Numbered from the whole stretch's first letter, positions 21,044 to 32,197 are shown. The stretch: 62,934 nucleotides of DNA, filler included, from 6 parts of 6 records of this genome joined end to end with filler, not necessarily neighbours in it; one strand, 5' to 3'. Notes: generated by a model from the sequence alone, not told the origin. Made by a program: numbers and translations.

Positions 21044-21652
21044 TTAGAAAATATTGTCGGAATATTTTTGTAAAAGCTTTTTATATTTTTCGGGTGTATC
21101 CATATCTTCCAGTATCTTCCCGGCATTTACCGGAATTACTTTTGATGGGTATTTTTTTATGATGGTTTTTGCTCCCTGTTCACCGCTCAACTTTCGGAGT
21201 TCGTTAAAATAAAAGGCATCGTAAAGTGCAGGTACACCCAGCCAGCCGTTTTCAGATTTCGAAACAATTATCTGCTCTTTTCCCGATTCAAATCCTGAAA
21301 TCAGTTTTTCCAAATGATATTTTGAAACCAGCGGCTGATCGATTAAAGAATATAGCACAGCTTTTGCTGAAGGAAATTCCTTCAAAACTTTTTGCATGCC
21401 ACATGCAACCGATGTTCCCATTCCATCTTCCCAGTTTTTATTGATAACAATATTTATTTTGAACTTTTCGATAACCTGAATTATCTGATTAGAATTGGAA
21501 CCTAGAACAACATTCACCGGATTTCCGGTTTGAAGCAGTTTTTGAATCTGAAATTCAATAAGTGTTGTTTCACCCCATTGTAATAATTGTTTTGGCTGTC
21601 CCATTCGTTGTGAACTTCCCGCTGCCAAAAGGACTATTGGAATTTTATCCAT
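21044..21652 (-). CDS. mocA: Molybdenum cofactor cytidylyltransferase MocA-like
   Basis: LAAGSSQRMGQPK, DQP, DMDTPE; overlaps xdhC stop. Confidence 0.82.
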   Translation of the reverse strand: MDKIPIVLLAAGSSQRMGQPKQLLQWGETTLIEFQIQKLLQTGNPVNVVLGSNSNQIIQVIEKFKINIVINKNWEDGMGTSVACGMQKVLKEFPSAKAVLYSLIDQPLVSKYHLEKLISGFESGKEQIIVSKSENGWLGVPALYDAFYFNELRKLSGEQGAKTIIKKYPSKVIPVNAGKILEDMDTPEKYKKLLQKYSDNIF

Positions 21653-22661
21653 GAATAGAACCTGCTTTTTCACGTAATGCCACTGGTTTTTGGTTACGGA
21701 TAACACCAAGGATTTCAGCTAATATGGAAATCGCGATTTCAGAAGCGGTTTCTGCTCCGATATTAATTCCCGCAGGTCCGTGAATTTGCTCGAGAAAATC
21801 CAGCGAAATTTCAGGATCATATTCCAAAAGCGTTGAAAAAACTCGTTCTCTTCGCTTCACAGAACCGATCATTCCCAGGTAGGCCGGATTTATATTTTTC
21901 AGGGCCATTAAATATTGCACGTCTTTGTTAAAACTGTGGGTCATTAGCATTACTGCTGTTTGATTATCAATAGCAGATGTATCAATACTATCGTACGCAG
22001 GAGTAATAAGTGCACTTGCTCCGGGGAAATAATCACAGGATTTTGACTCATCAACAGAGGCTACAACCGTAACATTCCATCCGACTAACTTTGCAGCATT
22101 ACTCAATTCAACGGCATCGTGTTCAGCGCCAAAAATAAATAGTTGAAATAAGGGTTCCATTGTTTGTGAAAAACGCTGCTGATCGTTAATTTGTTTGGAG
22201 CTGAAAGCCGGATTTATTGCGTAAGTTTTATCTTTTATGGATATTAACGTTCCTGTATTTTCAAATTCACCAACAGTTTTATAAAACCAGGTGTCCATTC
22301 TGAATTGCTGCCGCGATTTTAAAACCATTTCAAAATCGGTTAACAGTTCATCAGAAAGTAAAACCGGTTCAATTAAAATATGTATAATGCCTTCACATCC
22401 AATGCGTAAACGGCCATCATAGGTCATCATTTTAGCTTTACCCGTTTGAAAAACACTTTGAGCCTGTCTTTCAATTTCATCCTCTACACAACCACCGCTA
22501 ACAGCCCCTTTATACTCTCCTTCTTCATTTATTATCATTCGAACTCCGGGTCTTCTGTATGAAGTACCATCGAGCGCAACTACTGAAACAAAAACAGCCT
22601 TTTTCCCCAGCTGTTGCCAGGTTTTCAAAGCGTGAAAAAGTTGTTTGATTTCGTGTGTCAT
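21645..22661 (-). CDS. xdhC: XdhC/CoxI molybdoenzyme maturation factor
   Basis: GTSYRRPG, GAVSGGCVE, MTH, PAGINIGAET..EIAISILAE. Confidence 0.92.
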   Translation of the reverse strand: MTHEIKQLFHALKTWQQLGKKAVFVSVVALDGTSYRRPGVRMIINEEGEYKGAVSGGCVEDEIERQAQSVFQTGKAKMMTYDGRLRIGCEGIIHILIEPVLLSDELLTDFEMVLKSRQQFRMDTWFYKTVGEFENTGTLISIKDKTYAINPAFSSKQINDQQRFSQTMEPLFQLFIFGAEHDAVELSNAAKLVGWNVTVVASVDESKSCDYFPGASALITPAYDSIDTSAIDNQTAVMLMTHSFNKDVQYLMALKNINPAYLGMIGSVKRRERVFSTLLEYDPEISLDFLEQIHGPAGINIGAETASEIAISILAEILGVIRNQKPVALREKAGSIHG

Positions 22662-22691
22662 CTTTTAAAAGTAAGAAAAAATGTTCTTTTT

Positions 22692-24941
22692 TTATGAATC
22701 AAAACTGTTCTTTATAAACGGTTGATGATAATATCTTTCACCCATTGCTTTGTACATTGCATTTCCTAAAGCTGCAAAAGCCGGCGGAAATGGTGGTTCA
22801 CCCAAACCTGTCGGAGCAATTTCGTTTTTCACAAAATGTACATCTATTGATGTTGGTGCTTCATTATAGCGAATCATTCGGTAGCTGCCAAAATTATCCA
22901 TATTGGGCTCACCATTGGTAAAGGTCATTTCTCCGTACAAAGCATTCCCAATACCATCTACAACGGCGCCCTCCACCATATTTGCAGCAGCATCCGGATT
23001 GACAACAATTCCGCAATCCATGGCACTTACCACCTTGTCAACTTTTGGCTCGCCATTTTCCATAGCCACATCAATAACATGAGCTGCATAACTATTGTGA
23101 CAGAAATAAGCGGCAACACCGCGGTTTTTGTTGGATGTTTCTTTTCCCCATCCCGATTTTTCGCGCACCAGTTCTAAAACGCCGGCATAACGGGCTGCAT
23201 CGTAATCGTTGCGTTCACCCACCGGATTTTCCTGTGCACGTTTCAACAGGTCGAGGCGAAATTGTATCGGATCTTTGCCAGCTGCTTCTGCAACTTCATC
23301 TAAAAACATTTGTTCTGCCGGGCCAATAAAGTTTGAGCCGGGCGCACGAAATGCACCAACTGTAATATTTGATTCAACCGACCAGTTTTCAGCCAGATAA
23401 TTATCTATTGCGCCGGCAGGAAAACGGTTGGCATGTAAGGCAGCCTCGGGTATACCTCCGGCTTTCACATGAAATGCAACTAAATTATTATTAGCATCTA
23501 AGCCAGCACGGTAATTTACGTAGTAAGCCGGTCGAAAAACACCAAAACGGGTAGTATCTTCGCGGGTATAAACCAGTTTTACCGGAGCCTTTACCTTTTG
23601 TGAAATAACGGCCGCTTCTGTGGCGTAGTGATTGTACGCTCGTCTTCCGAAACCGCCACCCATTCGTGTCATTTGTACATCGATTTTTTCAACCGGCATC
23701 CCTAGTCTGGCTGCAATCGTTCCTTCTACAAATTCGGGTGCTTGTGTAGGGCCTGCAATCACCGCTTCTTCTTCGGTTACATGTGCGAAAAAGTTAATGG
23801 GTTCCATCATAAAATGGCCCAGGAAAGGAGCTGTGTATGTGCTTTCAATTATTTTAGCTGCATTTTTAAACGCTTCTTCCGGATTACCATCCTGACGTGC
23901 AACCCTTCCGGGTTTTGAGGCAGCTTCTTTCATTTTTATTTTATGATCGGCTGTACTTTCAAGGCCGCCGGGTACTTTTACTACTTGAGATCCCCTCCAA
24001 CCTGCCGAAGTATATTCATATTCAGAAAAAGGTTCCCATTCAACATTCAGCATGAGTTTTGCATTCATAACCTCCCAGGTTGAATTTCCAACAATGGCTA
24101 TCAGTTCGGTGAAGGCATTTGTGTCGAACATATTTCTTTCGTAGTCGTCGTTATACGTTTTAAAAGAAAAAATATCTTTAATTCCGGGCATGGCCATTGC
24201 GTCGGTGGCATCAAACGATTTTAGTTTCATTCCAAATGCCGGAGGAATTGCTACCATGGCAATTAACATTCCTTCACGGTCAACATCCAAACCAAAAACA
24301 GGTTTTCCGGTTACCAGGTTTTTACCTTCCACATTTTTTTTCGATGTTCCAACGATTTTGAAATCTTTAGGTTCCTTCATTTCCACCTCTTCGGGAACAG
24401 CAATTTGTGCAGCTGCCGAGGCCATTTCTCCAAAACCTGCTGATTGTCCACTATCTTTATGATGCAAAGTTCCGGCTTCGGTTGAAATTTCACCAACGGG
24501 CACACTCCATGCATTTGCAGCGGCTTCTTTAAGCATATGTTTTGCGGTTGCACCGGCCATTCTTAAGCCTTGCCATCCCTGGCGAAGTGCCTGGCTGCCA
24601 CCGGTAAACTGACGTTGGTACAGATCGGTATTAAAAGGAGCCTGTTCAACAAGTACATTTTTCCAGTCAATGTCGAGTTCTTCAGCAACAACCATAGGCA
24701 TTGAAGTCATAACTCCCTGTCCAAATTCAGGATTTGTTGACATTATGGTTACGACTCCGTTCTCCCCAATTTTGAGAAAAGCATTGATTTCAAACCATTC
24801 ATCGGGCATTTCTAAAACCTGGGTGCCGTTTGCTTTGCAAGAAGTTGCCAGCCAGCTAAAACCAAGCATAAGCCCGCCTCCGGTTAGTACCGAATTTTTA
24901 ATAAATGAACGTCTTCCGTATGTTATTTTTGCTGTTGTCAT
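22692..24941 (-). CDS. Xanthine dehydrogenase family Mo-binding subunit (IorB-like), Tat signal
   Basis: RRSFIK Tat motif, EFGQG, GGGFGRR, FRAPG, GLGEPP. Confidence 0.92.
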   Translation of the reverse strand: MTTAKITYGRRSFIKNSVLTGGGLMLGFSWLATSCKANGTQVLEMPDEWFEINAFLKIGENGVVTIMSTNPEFGQGVMTSMPMVVAEELDIDWKNVLVEQAPFNTDLYQRQFTGGSQALRQGWQGLRMAGATAKHMLKEAAANAWSVPVGEISTEAGTLHHKDSGQSAGFGEMASAAAQIAVPEEVEMKEPKDFKIVGTSKKNVEGKNLVTGKPVFGLDVDREGMLIAMVAIPPAFGMKLKSFDATDAMAMPGIKDIFSFKTYNDDYERNMFDTNAFTELIAIVGNSTWEVMNAKLMLNVEWEPFSEYEYTSAGWRGSQVVKVPGGLESTADHKIKMKEAASKPGRVARQDGNPEEAFKNAAKIIESTYTAPFLGHFMMEPINFFAHVTEEEAVIAGPTQAPEFVEGTIAARLGMPVEKIDVQMTRMGGGFGRRAYNHYATEAAVISQKVKAPVKLVYTREDTTRFGVFRPAYYVNYRAGLDANNNLVAFHVKAGGIPEAALHANRFPAGAIDNYLAENWSVESNITVGAFRAPGSNFIGPAEQMFLDEVAEAAGKDPIQFRLDLLKRAQENPVGERNDYDAARYAGVLELVREKSGWGKETSNKNRGVAAYFCHNSYAAHVIDVAMENGEPKVDKVVSAMDCGIVVNPDAAANMVEGAVVDGIGNALYGEMTFTNGEPNMDNFGSYRMIRYNEAPTSIDVHFVKNEIAPTGLGEPPFPPAFAALGNAMYKAMGERYYHQPFIKNSFDS

Positions 24942-24969
24942 TTTTTTAAGATTTTAAGGTTTTCATCTT

Positions 24970-25428
24970 TTATTTTGAATCGGCAGCCGTTTTAATGGCC
25001 TTTTTTATCCGGGTATAAGTTCCACACCGGCAAATGTTTCCGCTCATGGCCATTTCAATTTCTTCATCGGTTGGATTTGAATTGTTGTTTAAAAGGGCAG
25101 TGGCCGACATAATTTGCCCCGGTTGACAATAACCACATTGCGATACATCTTCTTCTAACCATGCTTTTTGCACCGGATGATCGCCATCTTCTGAAAGTCC
25201 TTCGATGGTTGTAATTTCTTTATCACCAACCGAATCGATAAAGGTTATACATGAACGCACTGCATCGCCATTTAAATGAATAGTACATGCACCACATTGT
25301 GCAACTCCACAGCCAAATTTAGTACCCATGAGTTTTAAATGATCTCTTAAAACCCAAAGCATAGGTGTACTTGGATCTACATCTACCTGATATTCCTTTT
25401 TGTTAATTTTTAAATTGAAAACTGCCAT
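24970..25428 (-). CDS. (2Fe-2S)-binding subunit (IorA-like)
   Basis: [19 protein letters not shown]. Confidence 0.93.
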   Translation of the reverse strand: MAVFNLKINKKEYQVDVDPSTPMLWVLRDHLKLMGTKFGCGVAQCGACTIHLNGDAVRSCITFIDSVGDKEITTIEGLSEDGDHPVQKAWLEEDVSQCGYCQPGQIMSATALLNNNSNPTDEEIEMAMSGNICRCGTYTRIKKAIKTAADSK

Positions 25429-25741
25429 TGTATTATGATTATAAATTTTTATTTCAGACTTTAAACTCCTAAATTATATAAATCAGTATAAATAAACTTA
25501 CGAAAATCAAATAAAAGATGAATGTAGGCTTATAATGATTTACAGGTCAGTTGAATAACAAGTAATTGGCGTAATATGTTCACATTGATAGTGAAAAAAA
25601 TCTGGCATATTTTTTTAATCAAAATTATAGCTTTTCAAATTAGAAATGTTCGATTGTATTCAAATCCATAATTTAATTTAGAAAAATACTAAAAGGACTT
25701 TATTGACTGAACAATTTGAAAGCTTTTTAAGTTAAATAAGC

Positions 25742-26716
25742 ATGTTGAAAATTGAAGACCATCTGGGAAGGCGATTTGAAAAACTGAGGATTAGTTTATT
25801 GAATTCCTGTAATTTTTCTTGTGTGTATTGTGTCGAAGAAGAAGTGAGTGAGATTTCAGGTATAAAATTCGACAAATCAGTTACAGACGAACAACTTAAT
25901 GTTGATGAATTTACAACGTTAATAGCTGCAGTTCACCGTTTAACAAATTTAAAAAGCATACGGTTAACAGGAGGAGAACCACTTCTGTATTCAAATCTTT
26001 TTGCATTAGTCAGCAACATTAAAAAGCTGGGTATATCTGATATAAGATTAACCACCAACGCTTTTTTTCTAAAAGAAAACGCCTCAAAACTTTTTGATGC
26101 CGGGGTAAAATCGATAAATATCTCTGTGGATGCAATTGATAAAGAGATTTTTAAAAAGATAGCGCGGCATTCAAATACAACCCGTGTTTTTCAGGGAATT
26201 GAAGCTGCGGTTAAAACCGGAATGAATGTTAAACTGAATGCAGTTATCATGCGTGGGAAGAATGATTCTCAGATTATTCCGCTTATTGAATATGCGACTA
26301 AATTTGGTATTAAAATCCGCTTTCTGGAAATCATGAAGATGGGGCATTTATATCATTCAGAAAATGAACTTTTCTTTTCTGAAGAGGAAATACTTGCCAC
26401 GATACGAAAAAGATACAAAATTGAAAAAATACGGCGCGATTATGCTTCAACAGCACATTACTGGAAAACTTCTGAAGGAGGGACTTTTGGAATTATTGCT
26501 AATGAATCTACACCTTTTTGCCACGATTGTAACCGGTTGCGGATGGATAGCAAGGGGTACTTTTTTGGCTGTTTAAGCAATTCACATGGCGAAAAACTTA
26601 AACCTTATATTAACAATGAAAACCTACTTGCCGATAAATTGAGAGGATTGTTACATCTGAAACAATCGGTTAAATTTCATGGAAGCGAATTGTCAATGAG
26701 AAACATAGGAGGATAG
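25742..26716 (+). CDS. moaA: GTP 3',8-cyclase MoaA
   Basis: CNFSCVYC radical SAM motif, RLTGGEP, CxxCNRLR, terminal IGG. Confidence 0.92.
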   Translation: MLKIEDHLGRRFEKLRISLLNSCNFSCVYCVEEEVSEISGIKFDKSVTDEQLNVDEFTTLIAAVHRLTNLKSIRLTGGEPLLYSNLFALVSNIKKLGISDIRLTTNAFFLKENASKLFDAGVKSINISVDAIDKEIFKKIARHSNTTRVFQGIEAAVKTGMNVKLNAVIMRGKNDSQIIPLIEYATKFGIKIRFLEIMKMGHLYHSENELFFSEEEILATIRKRYKIEKIRRDYASTAHYWKTSEGGTFGIIANESTPFCHDCNRLRMDSKGYFFGCLSNSHGEKLKPYINNENLLADKLRGLLHLKQSVKFHGSELSMRNIGG

Positions 26717-26717
26717 A

Positions 26718-26969
26718 ATGGAAAAGATAGAAATTAAAGTTGTATGTTTTGCCGGGCTCCGAAAATATTTCGGAAGCGAAACTTCTGTTTGCGTTGAACA
26801 GGGTGCAAATTATTCAAAAATAATAGCAGAATTGATTGCTTTAAATTCAGAGGCTAAAGAGATTCTGGAAAGCAGCAGGATTGCTGTAAATGAAAAGTTT
26901 GTTTCGTTAAGCGAAAGCATAAAATCAGAAGAAACATTGTTTGTCATTCCTCCTTCGAGTGGGGGGTAA
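26718..26969 (+). CDS. moaD: Molybdopterin synthase sulfur carrier MoaD
   Basis: 83 aa, FAGLR, AVNE, terminal PPSSGG. Confidence 0.92.
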   Translation: MEKIEIKVVCFAGLRKYFGSETSVCVEQGANYSKIIAELIALNSEAKEILESSRIAVNEKFVSLSESIKSEETLFVIPPSSGG

Positions 26970-26980
26970 AAATTTATAAA

Positions 26981-27448
26981 ATGAAACATTTACAATATAC
27001 CGACATCGAATACAGCAAACTTTTTGATGGATTCAGAAATCCAAACAGTGGGGCAGTGGTACTCTTTAGCGGAGAAGTACGTGATAATAACAAGGGCAGG
27101 GAAGTTACCCATTTGGAATATGAGGCGTATGAAGCCATGGCTGATAAAATGATTTCGGAAATTCTGAAGGAGGCAAAAGAAAGGTTCAAACTGAATCAGG
27201 CAATCTGTGTTCATCGTGTGGGGCGGGTTGAAATCAGTGGCTGTGCAGTGGTAGTTATTACCGGCTCGGGGCACCGAAAAGAAGCTTACGAAGCCAATCG
27301 ATTTATTATCGACAAGGTAAAAAATGAAGTGCCCATCTGGAAACATGAGTTTTTTACGGATGGTACCAGTGAATGGGGACAAAACTGCGATTGTGCTACC
27401 AGTGAAAATGAACACCATCATTTCCATAAACATGAAGAAGCTAAGTAA
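26981..27448 (+). CDS. moaE: Molybdopterin synthase catalytic subunit MoaE
   Basis: GAVVLFSGEVR, LEYEAY, HRVG, HRKEA, PIWKHE. Confidence 0.93.
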   Translation: MKHLQYTDIEYSKLFDGFRNPNSGAVVLFSGEVRDNNKGREVTHLEYEAYEAMADKMISEILKEAKERFKLNQAICVHRVGRVEISGCAVVVITGSGHRKEAYEANRFIIDKVKNEVPIWKHEFFTDGTSEWGQNCDCATSENEHHHFHKHEEAK

Positions 27449-28147
27449 GGAAGATTTATCAAGGTTTACACGTCATTATTCACTTGATGAAATTGGTAAA
27501 ACAGGGCAGGAGAAACTTAAAAATGCCCGGGTTTTGGTGGTGGGTGCCGGCGGACTTGGTAGTCCGCTGCTGATTTATCTGGCTGCAGCTGGAGTCGGTA
27601 AAATTGGTATTGTAGATGACGACATAGTTAGTGTGTCAAATTTACAACGACAGGTTTTATTCACCACAAAAGAAGTAGGGCAAAAAAAAGGAGAAATAGC
27701 TTCGCGAAAACTTTTGGCATTGTATCCTGAAATTGAGATTCAGGTTTTTGATTTCAGATTAAACGAAAAAAATGCAGAAGATCTTTTTAACGATTACGAT
27801 GTAATTGCCGATTGTACAGATAATTATAAAACAAGGGCACTTATTGGTCTGGTTTCAGCAAAATTAAATATTCCACTGGCATTTGCCTCAGTTTTAAATT
27901 ACGAAGGGCAAATAAGTGTATTTAATTATAAAGGCGGTAAGGAATATACCGATTTGTTTCCCAACGTTCCAAAAGATGGAATTTATAAAGAAAATGAAAT
28001 CGGATTGCTTGGGGTTTTACCGGGAATCGCCGGAACACTTCAGTCCAACGAAATTATTAAAATAATTACCGGTTATGGCGAAGTAATTAGCGGCAAACTG
28101 CTGGTTTTTAATATTCAGGAAAACAGATTTAATCTTTTCAGATTTTA
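27432..28147 (+). CDS. moeB: MoeB/ThiF family adenylyltransferase (reaches contig end)
   Basis: GQEKL, GAGGLG, SNLQRQ, DCTDN; probable start MKKLSK. Confidence 0.88.
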
Positions 28148-28247
28148 NNNNNNNNNNNNNNNNNNNNNNNNNNNNNNNNNNNNNNNNNNNNTTAATTAAT
28201 TAANNNNNNNNNNNNNNNNNNNNNNNNNNNNNNNNNNNNNNNNNNNN
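28148..28247. other. Artificial contig linker
   Basis: N-run/TTAATTAATTAA/N-run. Confidence 0.98.
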
Positions 28248-28427
28248 AAAAAATATTCTATATATTTTTTAAAGTCAGAAAGTTGCAACTTGACTTTGTT
28301 CTAACAAATACTCTATTTCTGTCCGGGTAAATATGGAATTTACCCCTACAAGCTAATATTTTTTAAATAGTTTTGTTACTAACAAATATTATATCAATTC
28401 TTACCAAATTAATCAATTATAGAATTA

Positions 28428-28988
28428 TTATTTTTTGATATTTATATCCTTGATTCGCTCAAGTGATTCAGATGAAATTCCTTCTTTTTCCAAAAAAGAA
28501 CTAATTAAATCCGTTTTACCATCAATATATGAATCAATATCATTGGGATAAGTTTCTGCTAATTTCCTCTTAATAGCACTATATTCGTCAACAGCATTTG
28601 GATTTTCACTTAAATGTTTTTTTAACTTAATATGATTAATAAAATTTTCTGAATTACGTAAGCAAACATAAAGGTTATGTTGCATCCATGTAATATATGG
28701 ATTATCGTCATCATATTTCATTGCTTCTCTTCCTTTAACTCCTAAATCTCCCATATGCTTATAATTCACAGATATTAATCTATCAATAACAAGCTGAGAA
28801 GTTTTTACATCATTTACAACGATATCAATATCAAGAATTGGTTTAGCCCACAAGTTTTCAACTGATGTACTACCAACATGAATTATTTCAGCATCGATTT
28901 CTTTTAATAAATTCGAATAAAAATTTTGAGCTTTTTGAAATTCAAGTTTCCAATTAGGATCATATTTTACAACTTCTATAGTTCTCAT
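28428..28988 (-). CDS. GrpB family protein
   Basis: YDPNW, HVGSTSV, AKPILDID, Y..GK. Confidence 0.88.
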   Translation of the reverse strand: MRTIEVVKYDPNWKLEFQKAQNFYSNLLKEIDAEIIHVGSTSVENLWAKPILDIDIVVNDVKTSQLVIDRLISVNYKHMGDLGVKGREAMKYDDDNPYITWMQHNLYVCLRNSENFINHIKLKKHLSENPNAVDEYSAIKRKLAETYPNDIDSYIDGKTDLISSFLEKEGISSESLERIKDINIKK

Positions 28989-29240
28989 CTGTCTATTTTA
29001 CCTCCAATAATTAAATCGTGGTTGATTTATTTAGATTATTATAACATAAATTTAAATTATACAAATTTGAAATAATTATTTTATGCTTCGAGAATTTATA
29101 TATGAATATTTAAAAGTTAAATTTATTTGAATTATTTTAGAATTAGAAAATTTTTAGAATAAATTTAATGACATTAACAAGGAAATATCAAAAAAAACAG
29201 TAAAACTTCTTATAGAAAAGAATAATTATTCCGAAATCGG

Positions 29241-31052
29241 ATGGTGGGACTAATGAAAAGAAGTAAAATGATTACAGCATATGTTTACGGTTTTATGTTT
29301 CTTTTAGCTATTAATTTAGGCATATTAAATAAAACTCTAAATAATAGAAGAGATCAGGCAGTAATGCAATATAAAATGAAATTAGATGAAGTTGTCAAGG
29401 ATATTGAGATTGGGATTCTTAAAAAGAATATCGAAATCAATAGAATTTCAAGTGACACGGGGATTTTTATGCGTTTTCTCAGCGGTGAGACAGAGCTAAA
29501 AAGTGATGTAGATCGAATAGTTAGTTTAATGAGGAAAACACTGCAAATTGATATTGTATATTTATTGGATGATGAAGGGACGACACTCTCTAGTTCTGTA
29601 TATAATGATAAGGGAGATACACTTGAGGGAAAAAATTACAATTTCAGAGAATATTTCATTGGTTCAATGGAAGGTAAACAGATGGTGTATGCAGCTCTGG
29701 GAGTAACGACTTACAGACATGGAATCTATGTCAGTTGTCCTGTATATAATTATCCTGAGAGAAGAGAAATCAGAGGTGTATTAGTATTTAAAATAGGTTT
29801 AGCTGCTATTGATAAATTAATGAATGAACTAGACGATCCTGCGATTTTTTCAACTCCGCATGGTATGATATTATCCAGTAATAATAAAAAATGGTTATTT
29901 AAATCAAAACAATTATTAAGTATAGGTAGTCTGGAAGATAAAAGCAACCTTGATTTAGAAAGAATTAATAATGGAAAAATTACATTTCCTCTATGGGTCG
30001 AAGGTTGGACAATTGAAGTTTTTCCAAAGCAAACTAGTTTTTCCTTGAGTTTACGTGATAAGGGAGAGCTCGCTTTTATATTTACCCTGCCATTGATTTT
30101 AGTTAGTTTTATTGTATTTTTACATTATCAAATCAAAAAAAGGGTAGAGCTTGAACAGGAGTTAGAAAAATACTATTTGATTGTTAATCAAGCTCCGATC
30201 TCGATATTGATAAGTGATCCAAATGGGGTAATTGAGTATGTAAATCCTCAGCTTGAGAAAACCACAGGATATACTAATAAAGAATTAATCGGACAAAAAC
30301 CAAATATTTTTAAAACACAAGTTTATAATGATGAGTTTTATGAGGAATTATGGAAAAAACTTAAAAATAAAGAGATCTGGTATGGAGAATTTTATAATAA
30401 AAAGAAAAGTGGTGAAAATTATTGGGAAAGGTCAATCATAGCACCGCTTTTAAATAAGAAAAACGAAATTGAAAACTTTATAGCAATTAAAGAGGATATC
30501 ACAGAAAACAAGGAGTTAGAAGAGAAACTAAAATATCAGGCTGCTGTAGATGAGATGACGAAAGTATTTAATAAAAGAAGCGGTCTGTTATTCCTGGAAA
30601 AGCAGTTACAACTTACTAAAAGACAAGGGACTGACAGCTTATCAGTCTGTTATGTTGATATTAACGATCTTAAGAAAGTAAATGATACTTTAGGTCATAC
30701 AGAAGGGGATAATTTAATATTATTAATTATTCAGGTAATCAAAGAACAAATAAGAAGTTCAGATATTATTTCCCGATTTGGTGGAGATGAATTTTTGATA
30801 ATATTTCCTAATTGTGATGGATTCTCATGTAGGAATCTAATGAAAAGAATATGTAGAAAATTAGATGAGATAAATTGTAGTAAAAGACTTCCATATCAAT
30901 TATCTATGAGTTTTGGTGTGAGTGAATTTGAACCGGAAAATGAAATAAATATGGATAAATTGATTTCATCCGCAGACGAAAAAATGTATAGAATGAAACG
31001 AAAAGTTAAAGCTATGAAAATGAGGGATGTAAATGAAGAAAAAATACTATAA
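29241..31052 (+). CDS. Cache-PAS-GGDEF diguanylate cyclase
   Basis: 2 TM flanking Cache-like domain (NYNFREYF), PAS/PAC, RxxD I-site and GGDEF. Confidence 0.88.
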   Translation: MVGLMKRSKMITAYVYGFMFLLAINLGILNKTLNNRRDQAVMQYKMKLDEVVKDIEIGILKKNIEINRISSDTGIFMRFLSGETELKSDVDRIVSLMRKTLQIDIVYLLDDEGTTLSSSVYNDKGDTLEGKNYNFREYFIGSMEGKQMVYAALGVTTYRHGIYVSCPVYNYPERREIRGVLVFKIGLAAIDKLMNELDDPAIFSTPHGMILSSNNKKWLFKSKQLLSIGSLEDKSNLDLERINNGKITFPLWVEGWTIEVFPKQTSFSLSLRDKGELAFIFTLPLILVSFIVFLHYQIKKRVELEQELEKYYLIVNQAPISILISDPNGVIEYVNPQLEKTTGYTNKELIGQKPNIFKTQVYNDEFYEELWKKLKNKEIWYGEFYNKKKSGENYWERSIIAPLLNKKNEIENFIAIKEDITENKELEEKLKYQAAVDEMTKVFNKRSGLLFLEKQLQLTKRQGTDSLSVCYVDINDLKKVNDTLGHTEGDNLILLIIQVIKEQIRSSDIISRFGGDEFLIIFPNCDGFSCRNLMKRICRKLDEINCSKRLPYQLSMSFGVSEFEPENEINMDKLISSADEKMYRMKRKVKAMKMRDVNEEKIL

Positions 31053-32166
31053 TGAGTATATAGAAGATCAAACTCAAAAAGCTTTAATATACGGACGCTT
31101 GGGCGCCAAAATGGCGCTGGTAGTTTTACCTGTTTATTATTTAAAAGATGTTTTTTTAACCGAATATCCTTTTAGCACATTTGTAGATAGAATGCTTCCT
31201 TTTACACTTAGTCTTATATTTATACGAATTACTCAAAATGGATATAAGAAAAATGGAAAATCAATTCGAATAGCTTATTCAATATTAGCTATGAGTTTCA
31301 TGGTTATGGTTTGTGGGATTGTTTATAAGAATTATTCGCAATATAGATATAATGGTATACTATTTACTGCAGTTATTTTATTAATGTTATCCATTTATAT
31401 TTTCTCCTATTCGATAAAAAACTATTTACTGCTAATAATAGGGATTCCATATTTTACTATGACGTTTATGTTATTTAAGAATACGGAAATTAGTAAATTT
31501 TTTGCATCAGAGTTTTTTAATCCGACATTAATATATTTGATTATAGGAGTTTTAGCTTATATTGATGAAAAACGTAATTATTCAGAATTTTGTTATAAAA
31601 AAGAACTGGAGACAAAAGAGGAAGCCTTAAAAGAAGAGATTAGAGAAAATCAAAGGTTACAGAAAAAAATAGAGAAAGATGCATTAGTTGATGAACTAAC
31701 GAATGTTTTTAACAGAAAAGCTTGTGAGCGAATACTAAAACATGAAGTTATGCAAATGCAAAGAGAGAAAAGTGCATTTAGCATATTATACTTGGATTTA
31801 AATAATCTAAAATTAACAAACGATAAACTGGGTCATAAAGCAGGAGATGATTTGTTAAAAAAGTTCTCATTAATACTTCAACATGAAATAAGAGAAAGTG
31901 ATTATATATTTAGAATGGGTGGAGATGAATTCTTAATATTAGAAAAGGGAGTAAGTCAAAATGGAAATATCGTATTAATAGAAAGAATTAAAAGAAAATG
32001 TGAAGGTAATAATATCGGAGTAGCCATTGGATGCGTTAATAGTGAGGAGATAGAAACGGATAATATTGATGAGATTATAAAAGAAGCTGATAGAAGAATG
32101 TATCTAGATAAAAAAGGAAGTGAAACTGAACTTAAGTATGTAATTAATAAGGATATAAATTGGTAG
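31033..32166 (+). CDS. Membrane GGDEF diguanylate cyclase
   Basis: 5-6 TM, DELT, RESD I-site, GGDEF. Confidence 0.88.
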   Translation: MKKKYYNEYIEDQTQKALIYGRLGAKMALVVLPVYYLKDVFLTEYPFSTFVDRMLPFTLSLIFIRITQNGYKKNGKSIRIAYSILAMSFMVMVCGIVYKNYSQYRYNGILFTAVILLMLSIYIFSYSIKNYLLLIIGIPYFTMTFMLFKNTEISKFFASEFFNPTLIYLIIGVLAYIDEKRNYSEFCYKKELETKEEALKEEIRENQRLQKKIEKDALVDELTNVFNRKACERILKHEVMQMQREKSAFSILYLDLNNLKLTNDKLGHKAGDDLLKKFSLILQHEIRESDYIFRMGGDEFLILEKGVSQNGNIVLIERIKRKCEGNNIGVAIGCVNSEEIETDNIDEIIKEADRRMYLDKKGSETELKYVINKDINW

Positions 32167-32197
32167 AAGAGGCCTTTGTAAGACCTCTTTTAATTTG

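Noticed and set aside
25429-25741. Moco riboswitch upstream of moaA
   Set aside because: AT-rich; no convincing stems or motif visible by eye
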